A stretch of DNA of 64,000 nt from Chrysomallon squamiferum. Lineage: Eukaryota; Animalia; Mollusca. Position numbers and translations under genes: made by a program. This document shows, in pieces, positions 54,113 through 64,000 of this stretch. Position 1 is the stretch's first letter. Each line of letters begins with the position of its first letter. The notes beneath the pieces are model-generated. The model ran no database searches, was not told the DNA's origin, and worked only from the letters and a program-made list of their open reading frames with translations. The stretch spans positions 6,510,001 through 6,574,000 of the forward strand of contig CM022673.1 of assembly GCA_012295275.1 (NCBI GenBank). Direction: 5' to 3'.

Positions 54113-57100
54113 TCAAGTGTAAGTGTCTTTTTTTTTTTTTTTTTTTTTTTACTATTCATTGAATCAACAGATCTTATTGGCCTGTCTTTCCGTTGTAATT
54201 TTGGTGTCGGAAATTGATCGTTGCTACAAGGTACTTTGTGTCAGTGTATGTAAGTGGGTTAGGCATTTTTCAAAGTCAGGGCATGGAAACATTAAGAGTT
54301 CTTGATCTGAACACTGGTTTAATGGTCTGAGAGGGGGAAATTGAGAAGAAAATGCAGAAGATAGAATTTAGACTGTAAACAGAAGATTGATATTTAAAAA
54401 AAAAAAGTAACAATAATAAAAAATAGAGAGTTTAAAATGAGGTGAACTATGAGAAATGAAATGTTAATAGTTGTATTTTCAGAGAGATAGGTTTAAATTG
54501 GTAAAGATGAATATATCAAGTTTTTATTTATTTATTTATTTATTGTTTTTGCTTTTTTCTGTTTCAGATTCTTTGTCCATATATATCTATTCATCTTTCT
54601 ATACCTGGCCATGTGTTTCATATTCTTTGTTATATATTTCTGTAATCTTAGCAATCAATACCATCAAACATTCTTTTCACCTCAGACTCAAAATAATTAA
54701 TTTTACTGAACAGACTACAACATCCATTGTGTTAAATTAATCTTCATGCTTGCTACACACATTCTTCCATTTTAAGATGTTAAAATTACAACATGGGTTG
54801 GACTGAATCCAAATTTCAAGACGGGCATTCCAAAGTTTGATGGTGGACATGCCATTGATTTTCTGTGTGTTGAAATGAGATATAAACACAGTTATTGGTG
54901 GTGCTGGTCACATTTAGTGTCTCTTGTTCTTTGATCCAAGTATTCTTGAGTCGGTTGTCAAGGAAATGTCCTTGGTTTTATTTTGGTAGTAGTAATTATG
55001 ATATTAATGCAGACTCAAGTTGATTTTATTTACAATGATGTATGTGTTAGAAATGTGTTAAAGTTTGTCTGTCTGTTTGAACGTTGTTATTGAGGCTGAC
55101 AGATCTGATTGTTGTGTTGCAGTTTGTGTATAAAGTTATTATTAGTATATCTTTGTGCATTTATATATTACAGCACACACACTCCAAACACATTCATGCA
55201 CACACATACATACATATATACATACACTCACATCACCCATCTATTACATTGATCTATTGATCTGTCTATCTATATAGATATGTATTTGAATGTACCTGCA
55301 GGCTTACATAATTTATACATACATACAATACATACATGCTGTGTATGTAAATATATATGCATTCACATGTGTGTATATCTAATTACATGCAAACATGCAT
55401 GCAGTACAAAAATGTTAATATTCAAAATACATGATAAAATCAATTATTAAAACACAAAAGTTCGTCAATTCATAATCATCAAATCACATTACAAAAGAAA
55501 ACCAATTCTGTAACACTATACCGAAAAACAGAAGAAATATTATACCTGCACTGTTTACTTTATGTAAAATATTTTCTATTCATTGTTATATACACTGCAT
55601 TAATATTTCACGTATTCTTCATGTTTGATAACATTCGTTTTATACCTGCTCAATATGCCGCGGTAAATCCTATCATTGAAAAACAGGCAATGCAGTAAAG
55701 TCAATTAACTTCGTCTATAAACTCGAAAATAACGATCACAAATTCTTTTGTGCTCATCCCTTTTTATTACCTACACTAAATGAACCATATTAATAGAAAA
55801 TTCATATAAGCTGCAGATTAATGTTAGATCATACTTTGCATTTTCGAACCCATCCCCCTCTACCTCCCCGACCTCCCCCGACTCATCTCTGGGATAGTTC
55901 CTGGCACACGCTGCCTTTTGAAAACTTCCATTTCATTGTTGCCGCTTCTTTAATCCACAAAAACGTTTCCATGGTGATTAGTGTGTTTAAAACACAATCA
56001 GATTGCGGTGTTATTTGTATACAGTCGGCCATCGTGAATGCAGAGGATGTAACAGCATTCATAAAAGGCACTGATATACATTAATAAAAATGGTCTCACG
56101 GGATTTATACTCGTGCCGAAGAAGCTTAGCGTCCAATATATTTTGCTGTTAATACGATTTGTAAAGATGTTTCTTTGCTATCAGAATTAGCCAATCAAAT
56201 TGGTGTGAGTCAGAGGCGGCATGGCAGGTTTTTGATTAACCATGAACGAAACTCAACAGTTTTTTATTAGTCATAAAAAAAAAAAAACAACGAAAAATTG
56301 GCTTCTCTGTAATTCATTAATACTCGTCTTCTTCATCAATATATATAATATATATTTTTTTTTTTTTTTTCATTCTCTTTATTTTGTTGACTTAATTATA
56401 ACCCGTAACATCATTTACTGCACAAACTAAAAGGCATCGTTTTGTGGAAAATGTCTTTTCATTGTATAAATAAATATTTGCATTTTCAATGAAAGAGACA
56501 AAGATTGAATTTTGAAAAATGCTAGGATACTGGCTGTCGTGAAAACAGAATTAGATGGAAGATGTTAAAGTTTGCTGGTTTTTCTGATTTATGCTGTTTG
56601 TTTCAGCCATTAATTTAGTTGTGGCACTGATCAACAGGCTGAGGAGATGGCATTAAGATGTCCATCTAATAAATTGTTAAAGGTTTTTTCCAGCTTGCAC
56701 GAATAATACAGAATTAAATCATTTTCTTTTTCGTAATGCAAATACCTGTTTGAAATAAAACAGATTTTTTTCTTCTTTTTTAACCCCATCTCTGTTTTAT
56801 TTTTTTACTTTTGTCCTTTTAACATTTTCTCTTTTTTCTTTTAAAAATATTTTTTATATATGATAATTTTGTTCTTTTTAAGTTACAGATGCTAAATCCT
56901 TTAGCAAGCTCATCACTTTATTCTACACTTCTACATTTCTTTGCTTTGTGTTTCTATCAGCTCACTTTTAATGCATTAACTAACATCTCTTATTTTGTCT
57001 TCATTTAACCAATCACTTTATTATTGACTTCATCAACTGATCACTTAACTGTCTTCATCAACAGACCATTTAACTAGTATTCATCAACTGATCACTTAAC

Positions 57101-57889
57101 TGTCTTCATCAACAGACCATTTAACTAGTATTCATCAACTGATCACTTAACTGTCTTCATCAACAGATCATTTAACTAGTGTTCATCAACTGATCACTTA
57201 ACTGTGCAGAACATTTAACTAGAGTATTCATCAACTGATCACTTAACTGTCTTCATCAACAGAACATTTAACTAGAGTATTCATCAACTGATCATTTAAC
57301 GGTTTTTTTCATTCCAGTGAATTTAATTAACCAGTTGTTAACAAGCTCTAACTGAAATTCACTACCCACTTGTTAATACCACTGAACTTCATTAGAAACC
57401 TGTAAACTTCATTAATACTTCATGCCACTGAATTTCTTTATACTGTAGTTAGTATGCCTTTATATTAAAAATCAAAATTTAATAAGACAGAATTCTTAAT
57501 GTAATATTAATTATAAAATGTTTATCAGTTTAAAATGGTATTAAAAAATGAAATCAATTGATATAATAATTAATAAAATAAAAAGAATACAATGAAATAT
57601 AATAATAAAATAAAATATTATAAAATAAAATAAAATGAAAATGAAATCACTAAATAATAATAATAGTGGTAATAATAATAAGAATAAAAAACAACAACAA
57701 TAATAATAATAATAATAATACATAAATGAAAATAGAAATAAACAGAAAATAAATATATTTAATAAATTGTAAAAACAAATTTGTCACTTACCACAGTTTG
57801 AATTCCAGACAGTTTGTCATTCAGGTCAAAAATAAGCCTGGCTACATCGCTGTTGTCTTTTTGAAACAGAAATCCATGGTAAGTATCCA
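38046..57889 (-). CDS. Uncharacterised secreted or membrane-anchored invertebrate protein, 5'-partial; exons 57792-57889, 42472-42601, 39317-39490, 38799-38983, 38046-38381
   Basis: Five canonical GT-AG exons with matching phases (1-0-1-1-0) form one stop-free frame: ...RLIFDLNDKLSGIQTV|IPSN...YIIT|AYFKHPSLIC...LYIQMG...WKQGSCIPKMG|LHYF...YPVFLMYNSQGQLGAFGW...|...PPCMF...GLHIWL, then a P/T-rich linker and a hydrophobic C-terminus. Confidence 0.88.
38799..38983 (-). CDS. Nested uncharacterised gene exon
   Basis: tttcag|GG CTG...TAC CCA|gtaagt; LHYFKNLTPKQPCEKLYPVFLMYNSQGQLGAFGWLFQGTPPTYKYNNDELRWFKLSPPYYP. Confidence 0.88.
39317..39490 (-). CDS. Nested uncharacterised gene exon
   Basis: cttgcag|CA TAT...ATG G|gtaaat; YFKHPSLICSPYAYNVHPGKGLYIQMGYNVEKQYERIPLESRRLSSQWKQGSCIPKM. 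Confidence 0.88.
41150..41248. mobile_element. hAT-type MITE right-end remnant
   Basis: Ends in aaaaagtttgagaatcactg, the reverse complement of the CAGTGRTTCTCAAAC-type hAT terminus; left end not clearly identified. Confidence 0.4.
41515..41642 (-). mobile_element. Decayed tRNA-derived SINE-like copy
   Basis: Reads tagttcagtggttagag (A-box/D-arm-like) ... ggatctatcc (B-box-like); shares cagtggttagag with the copy at 51721. Confidence 0.4.
42472..42601 (-). CDS. Nested uncharacterised gene exon
   Basis: ttttgcag|ATT CCC...ACA G|gtaggt; IPSNMLGFNSRNETIKLPPADVIPPILLSTETNIKGIQMYIIT. Confidence 0.85.
42640..43090. repeat. Degenerate tandem repeat, ~119-bp period
   Basis: aagtcagtggcagttc at ~42684 and ~42802; ttgcagtcaga at ~42722 and ~42841; gttacagaat at ~42755 and ~42877. 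Confidence 0.7.
45065..45200 (-). mobile_element. Decayed tRNA-derived SINE-like copy
   Basis: Minus strand ggtggaatatttgctcagtgtatagag is an A-box-like head similar to the other copies. Confidence 0.3.
47585..47920. repeat. Degenerate tandem repeat (~80-90 bp unit)
   Basis: Recurring tagaaattcatta, tagtaca, gtcagccta and aattaaactggat motifs. Confidence 0.55.
48679..48855. repeat. Degenerate ~26-bp tandem repeat
   Basis: ttagactgg-like core recurs about 7 times. Confidence 0.65.
51721..51880 (+). mobile_element. Decayed tRNA-derived SINE-like copy
   Basis: cagctcagtggttagag head, gtgggatc, downstream gatatatcagaggccatggt; no cloverleaf. Confidence 0.45.
54026..54112. repeat. Compound (CT)n(CA)n microsatellite
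   Basis: Directly visible. Confidence 0.95.
56997..57302. repeat. Minisatellite, 51-bp dimeric unit (25+26 bp subunits), ~5-6 copies
   Basis: ttcatcaactgatcacttaactgtc + ttcatcaacagaccatttaactagta repeated. Confidence 0.92.
57792..57889 (-). CDS. Nested uncharacterised gene, most 5' exon seen
   Basis: tttgcag|TG GAT...ACT GTG|gtaagt; DTYHGFLFQKDNSDVARLIFDLNDKLSGIQTV. Confidence 0.8.
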
Positions 57890-58972
57890 CTGCAAAAACA
57901 CAAAAAAAAAAAAAAAATAAACAAATGAAATTGTCAGTGCCACTGTATTGATTAATGCATAGAAATGAAATACTGTAAAGTATTAGGATTTCCGGTGTTA
58001 TGCTACTTTCCAAATGACAGGTTCTACTTTATTACATTTCTAATAGTGTTTTAAGACCATAATTGTCCTACGGGATCAGAAATCTGATTGTCATTTGTAG
58101 TTTGTAATGGTGTTTTTAGATGGAAGTGAATTTTGTCAATGTAGTTTCAGTTATTGAACGGATTATGGGTGTACTTTTTATTTAATTTTACTTTTTTTTT
58201 TATTTCTTTTTTTTTTTTTTTTTTTAAATAATATTCTGGAGATTTTTGAAAAATGAATGAAAGGAAATGGTTTTAAATAATTTTCCAGAGCTGTAATTTG
58301 AAATGAATATGTTGAAAAAAGGAGAAAATAATGATTGTGATAATGATAATGATGATAAAATTATAGAAAATCATTCAGGTTGATGTAATTTTATCATTTT
58401 TCTTCTTAATAATTTGTATGCAAGGAGTCAGTTGAAAAATAAAATGTTTGTTTGAAGTCCGTGAATAAACCATTACCAGGACCTGCGTGTTTGACATTTA
58501 ATAATTAAATATTCACTTTTCATTAAATGCAAAATCACTCACTGCTTAATTTTTATTTTTTTTTATTTTGTTGACCAGTTCATAAAACTTTGTTTGTTTT
58601 TTGTTCTTGTTTCTGTTGGTGTTTTTTAGTTGTTTGTTGCTTTTTGTTTTTTGTTTGTTTTTTATTTGTCAAATATTTTGTTTGTTACTTATTTTACATA
58701 TATATTTTAGATCATTATTCCTTTAACTTTTAAATACTATTATTATATTTTTTTCTTAATAATAAATTTGATCACTTTAATCATTAATTTGCAATTATTA
58801 TGAACAAAATTTTAATTGGCAGTTTCTTTGGCTTCTTTATTTTATTGAAGATGGACACATTTCAGAGGAATCTACAGAAATCTTTTCCTCACTAAATATA
58901 ACCAAACAACCAACTTTTTACTTTGACAAAAATGATGTAACAACAAAAGCATTTTTGAATCTTTTGTCTCTG

Positions 58973-58973
<1 letters not shown>

Positions 58974-59036
<63 letters not shown>

Positions 59037-59130
59037 TCAGAGTAACAGACAGATGCACACACACCCACACACCATCTCACACACAGACATACATACTTCA
59101 CACGTGTACACACACACACACACACACACA
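58974..59130. repeat. (CA)n microsatellite cluster
   Basis: Directly visible. Confidence 0.9.
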
Positions 59131-59649
59131 TACTTCACTCAGTGGACCCAGACAGATGACTGTTTGTTCAAAAATACTTCACAATGGGATTCAAGTGTTT
59201 GCCCCTGTCTGCCAGTTAACTACACATCTCTAAAGCCTGCCATTTTCCCTGATTGTTGTCCACCAGTAATGAAGGTTTCATAGGTACTTCATCACAGGAT
59301 CGTGTACAATTAGCGTCCACAAACTTGGAATTAAGTACATCGTTCCTGTTAGCTAACTGCCAGCCTGGGACAGCCTTTGTGACAAGCTTTATTCCAGAAC
59401 CTTGTAATTAGCTCAAGCAATTAGCAAGCAGACACACTGAAGCAGACAGTATATTTCTCTAGGGATGGACAGACAGACTGTTGGATGGACAGAGTGTTGG
59501 ATGGACAGACTGTTGGATGCCCAGACGGATGCCAGTTGGACTCAGTAACCTTTTGTGTGGTTTGTTATTATCAATAGACAGATGTGATTCAAAAGCTTGT
59601 TTATGTAACAAGTACTGGACAGTGGCCCATTTGACCTTAATGAAGAACA

Positions 59650-59805
59650 GACTGTAGGTCAAGGGAAGATCACTTGTCTGTGCTGCTGAGGGTCATGGGA
59701 TCAATTCCTCTCAAGAGACCTGTTTGGTCTGTCAATCCTAGCATCCTGATTGCTTCATGGCTGGACTGTCAAAAGAGTATTATATGTTATTGTTACCATA
59801 ACAGT
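59650..59805 (+). mobile_element. Decayed tRNA-derived SINE-like copy
   Basis: tgtaggtcaaggg head and gtcatgggatcaattcc B-box-like segment. Confidence 0.3.
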
Positions 59806-61461
59806 TCCCTTGATGGTAATTACAGTGCAGTTATCGCTGTTTTTGTTAAAAATGCTAGTTGTCTGGTAATTTTTGTATTTTATTGAACACTATTAAAATA
59901 AATAAAAAATTCTGAAATACAGTAACAAACACAAATACATTAACATGTGCATTTGTGCACACACACACACAAACACATACACACACAGCCATATCTTCAA
60001 ATCAAATAAAGACATATACCAACTGACATACACTTACCAAAACACCTATGTAAATTCATTTATCAAAACACAGACACGGTCTCACATACAAACACATAGA
60101 GAGAAATATTCTTTTAAGTCTTATTTAAATTAGTTATCACAACAAAAAACGAAATCACAGACATATGGACATCCACACACAACAAACAAAAATGACCAAC
60201 ACTGTAAAACTCCTTTCTCATCAAAAACTGAAACCATTCTTCTGATTATCTCACTTCCAGCCTGACAACACACCTTTCAACAACACAACCTCGCTGGTCA
60301 TCCAGACAAGAATTACATTAGACCACTTGACAGCCGAGTGGGGTTACGAGAGCCATCGGTGGCAATCACCCCATACAACTGGGCTTAAAACACTCGCATT
60401 TCTATCACAGTTATTCAAAATAAACGTACATGACTGGATAACTGGGCTGAGAGATCTCGAATGCCATAGTCTGGCAGCAATCGGATTAACTCCACGTATT
60501 CTCTTGGCCTTACAGTTTCTGTGGAGAGACTTAATACAGTACACACAGGTAGCCCACCCAGGAGAATAACAACCTATTTGAGCAGATTAGAGAAAGAAAA
60601 AAAAACTGGAAAGCCAGGAAGCTTAGACAGAAAAGCTGTGGATATTGGCGAAAGAAACAAACCTTACAGTGGAGAGAAGGAGAAGGAGGATGAAGCAAAG
60701 TGGAAAAGAGAGTTAATTAAAAAGTTGTGGAGAGTATTTGAATAAAACGGTTAAAACTGATTAATGTTTTATGGCCTAGGAAAGACAAATGAAGTTAATT
60801 TTTAAAAAGTCAAAAAAAAAAAAATGTTATTATTGGGTATTTATTTGTAGGGGTGTCACAAACAGTAGATTTAATTTTAAAAAATCTGACATTGATTGGG
60901 ATTTAAAAGTAGCTGACAATAGTGTTTATGAAAGAACTGAAGCTGGATGTTTTAAGTTGTAGAAAAAAGAATGAAATTAGAAAAAGATTAACTGATATAA
61001 GATATTTTATTACAATTAAATTACTAAATTGTTTGGGATTATTTTCTTGTTTTTAGGATGAAAAACATAAAGACTGATATTTTATGGAGTGAGATAAATA
61101 ATAAATAAAAAAAAATAACACCAGCAAGTATCATTTGTAAGAAATAGTTAAAAATCAGAATTGTTTAGAAAAAAAAAAAAAAAAAAAAAGAGTGTGAAGG
61201 AAATTAATTAGAAACAGTACATACCATTAAAAACATGAGAATTCAAGCCATGGTATTTGAAAATACAGGAAGGAGGAGGAAGATGGAAGGGAGTTAATTA
61301 AAAAACTGTGGAAATAATTCACACAAAAGAGTTCCAAACTAACAGATGTGTGGTATCTTCAACTGTAACCTTTATTCACTGGACTTACAACACATGGTTC
61401 AGAAATACAAAATTTTGCTCTATAGCTTGAGTACATTTTAATACACACACACACACACCAG

Positions 61462-61572
61462 TGATAAGACAGCATGTATGAAATTATAACCCTTATCAGG
61501 TTTACACCACCACCATCCAGTGAATATTTGTTTTGATAAAGACAGCATGTATGAATTTATAAACCTTATCAT
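61462..61572. repeat. Short direct duplication (~73-bp period)
   Basis: gataa.gacagcatgtatgaa.ttataa.ccttatca occurs twice. Confidence 0.8.
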
Positions 61573-61627
61573 GATTAATGTGTTTATTCCAGTATTTAAT
61601 GTGTGTGTTTCTGTGTGTCTCTGTGCA

Positions 61628-61748
<121 letters not shown>

Positions 61749-63269
61749 TCTGCTTACCTGTCTGTCTTTTATAATGTTGGAGCATATTTATAATGCTACA
61801 TACACATATATATTAGTAGTAAGCAGTCTTTGATATTAACATTCCCATAGACAGGAATATTTCTTCTTTTTTTTTTTTTTTTTTTTTTTTTGTTTAATTT
61901 CAGAATATATGAAAAACACAATAAATAACAATAACAAAGAGTAATTTTAAACAGAAAGAACACACCGTAATATTGAATAAAAACTGTTATGTATCATCAA
62001 AGTACAGTAATCAACAATAACTGATTTAACCCACGCTGTTTTTCATCCCCTCATAAATTTCTTTCGACATCCAAAGTTATTAACAAATGTGGGTCACTGG
62101 CAGCAGTAAGTTGAAGAATTACAACGGATGATAGCTTTTGGCAGCGTAATAATCCGCGGTGCAAAACAAGATAAATGTTTCTGGACAACTATTAAAGCAA
62201 AACATCGGCTTCTTCAGCAGCAGAGTCATCACTTGTTGAAGATGTTTGCTGGCAGGATATGGAGACTGGCTGCTTTCTGTGAAGTGTGTGTTGTCCATCT
62301 GAAGATGGCCCTGCAAGACAGCTACTTTGCCCGTGGCAAAAATCTGGGAAGAACAAGAAGATCAACATGTGTCTGAGATGTTTTCTGGTTGCCACTGCAC
62401 TCAGAGATGCTGTTGTTTCCATGTTCTGAAATTATCTTGTCAGCAGAAAGCGGCAGTTTCGGTCGTGTCAACAGAATTTGAAATATTATCAAAATTAACT
62501 TGGCATCCTGATTGACCCAATCAAATTTACTCTGCAATAAATGTCAGATCTCTTTTGATTTTTGACATCAAGGGTTACTAAATTCTTCTTTTTTTTTCTG
62601 TCTCTTAATTTTTCTTTTTCACATTTTTTTTTTTTTCTTTTGCTATTTTTCTTTTTTTTTTTTTTTTTTTATTTTTAGGAATATGGTCATTTAGTGCATT
62701 AGGGTATAAAACTAAGGTGATTTTTTAGAAACTGTTGTGTGTTGACATGAAGAAAAAAGGATGTGTGACGTGTTAACGAACGCATTGTTAGAGTTCTGTG
62801 GGGGTTTTATCCCAATCCGAGAACAATGTGTGTGTTTCGCTGAGGAACAAATGAGCCTGATGAAATTGATTGTCCTGTCATGTTGTTAGCAAGACAATTT
62901 GACAAGTCCCTTTTAGCCTTGTATCTGTCAAGTCTCACACTCTCCCTCTAGCCTTTTGTTTAGATGCGATTTTTGTGTTGTGTGTCTTCTGTGTATTGTA
63001 TGTGTTGTTTTGTGTTGTGTTGTTTGTTGTATGTGTTGTGTGTCTTCTGTGTATTGTATGTGTTGTTTTGTGTTTGTTCTGTTTATTATATGTGTTGTGT
63101 TGTGTGTGTTCTGTTTTATCCCTGTTTTTAGACTCACTGTCATTCCAAACCATGTAAAGAAACTGTTGATCATTACAATACTAAATAAAATCGTATTTTT
63201 AATTTAGTCACATTTTTGAACACTATGTTCACCATTTCTTAGAATGTTTCCATTGAAAACTATGATGTT

Positions 63270-63668
63270 GCCAGACTACACATACTTAAAAACTACAGAC
63301 CTTTGTAAAACTGAACAAATATAATTTTTTTACTTCTGAATATTCCCTTATGACCTCTGACTACATAAACTTACAGAAGCCATAACTATAAGCCATTATG
63401 ATGCTGAATAAACATTTTACTTCTGCTCTTAAGTATTTCCTTTCCCTCCTGACTGTGTAAGCTTCAAGAAGCCATAACTACAGACAACTGTAATGCTGAA
63501 TAAATATTTGATTTTTGATTTTAAATATCACTCCCATTCAGACTACACACACATACAGACAGCATATATATATATACAGACCATTATAAAAATAAACAAA
63601 AAATTTATTTTTACTTTTTAACATTCAGCCCGTTTTAATAACACACACTTAGACAGGCCATAACTATT
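63270..63668. repeat. Degenerate tandem repeat, ~90-bp unit x4-5
   Basis: gactaca...gaagccataacta...atgctgaataaa...tttt motifs recur. Confidence 0.7.
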
Positions 63669-64000
63669 TCCCAAGACGAGAATGACCAATCTTGTTGAAG
63701 ATTTATTCACCAGACAGTATTGAAGAGCCATAATGGGATATCAGACTCAGATTATGTCCTCTCAAAGTATACATCTACTATATCGGTATAAAACATTTTC
63801 CAGCACTGACGAGTCGAGATTGAAGACCTTCTATCTATGACGTTTCCACTATTGACTGTCTATATCTTGCTGTGCATATGACCAAGATTGATTTCAACTT
63901 TGGAGGCTTCGTCATGCGGACAAATTTTTAATATTGTGTAATCATCATGCCAGACTAGAAGGGCTGCATTCGGTGGCTTGACCCTGTCCACTGAGCCAAT

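Noticed and set aside
56997-57302. CRISPR-like appearance of the repeat array
   Set aside because: No unique spacers, no cas genes, eukaryotic intron context.
59215-59410. Minus-strand ~60-codon open stretch containing AVPGW as an upstream exon of the nested gene
   Set aside because: No convincing acceptor or phase-1 donor, and the motif spacing does not fit.

Overview
AT-rich, microsatellite-rich animal genomic DNA. It is most consistent with a mollusc, possibly a gastropod, which is an inference. Four spliced protein-coding loci are readable. (1) The 3' portion of an LRP5/6 (arrow) Wnt co-receptor on +: 14 exons from 3548 to the stop at 16177, with the whole 3' third of the CDS in one ~1.6 kb intron-free exon. 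(2) A complete 9-exon eIF3m gene on - (28348 to 22462), convergent with LRP5/6 and with a probable GC-AG intron. (3) The first two exons of cytoplasmic cysteinyl-tRNA synthetase (CARS1) on +, head-to-head with eIF3m across a ~350 bp CCAAT/E-box promoter. (4) Five exons (57889 to 38046, -) of an uncharacterised membrane- or GPI-anchored protein, apparently nested antisense in a >34 kb CARS intron. Seven single-base indels in these exons look like long-read assembly errors. The rest is intron or intergenic DNA with MITE remnants, decayed tRNA-derived SINE-like heads, minisatellites and microsatellites. There are no prokaryote-type systems.
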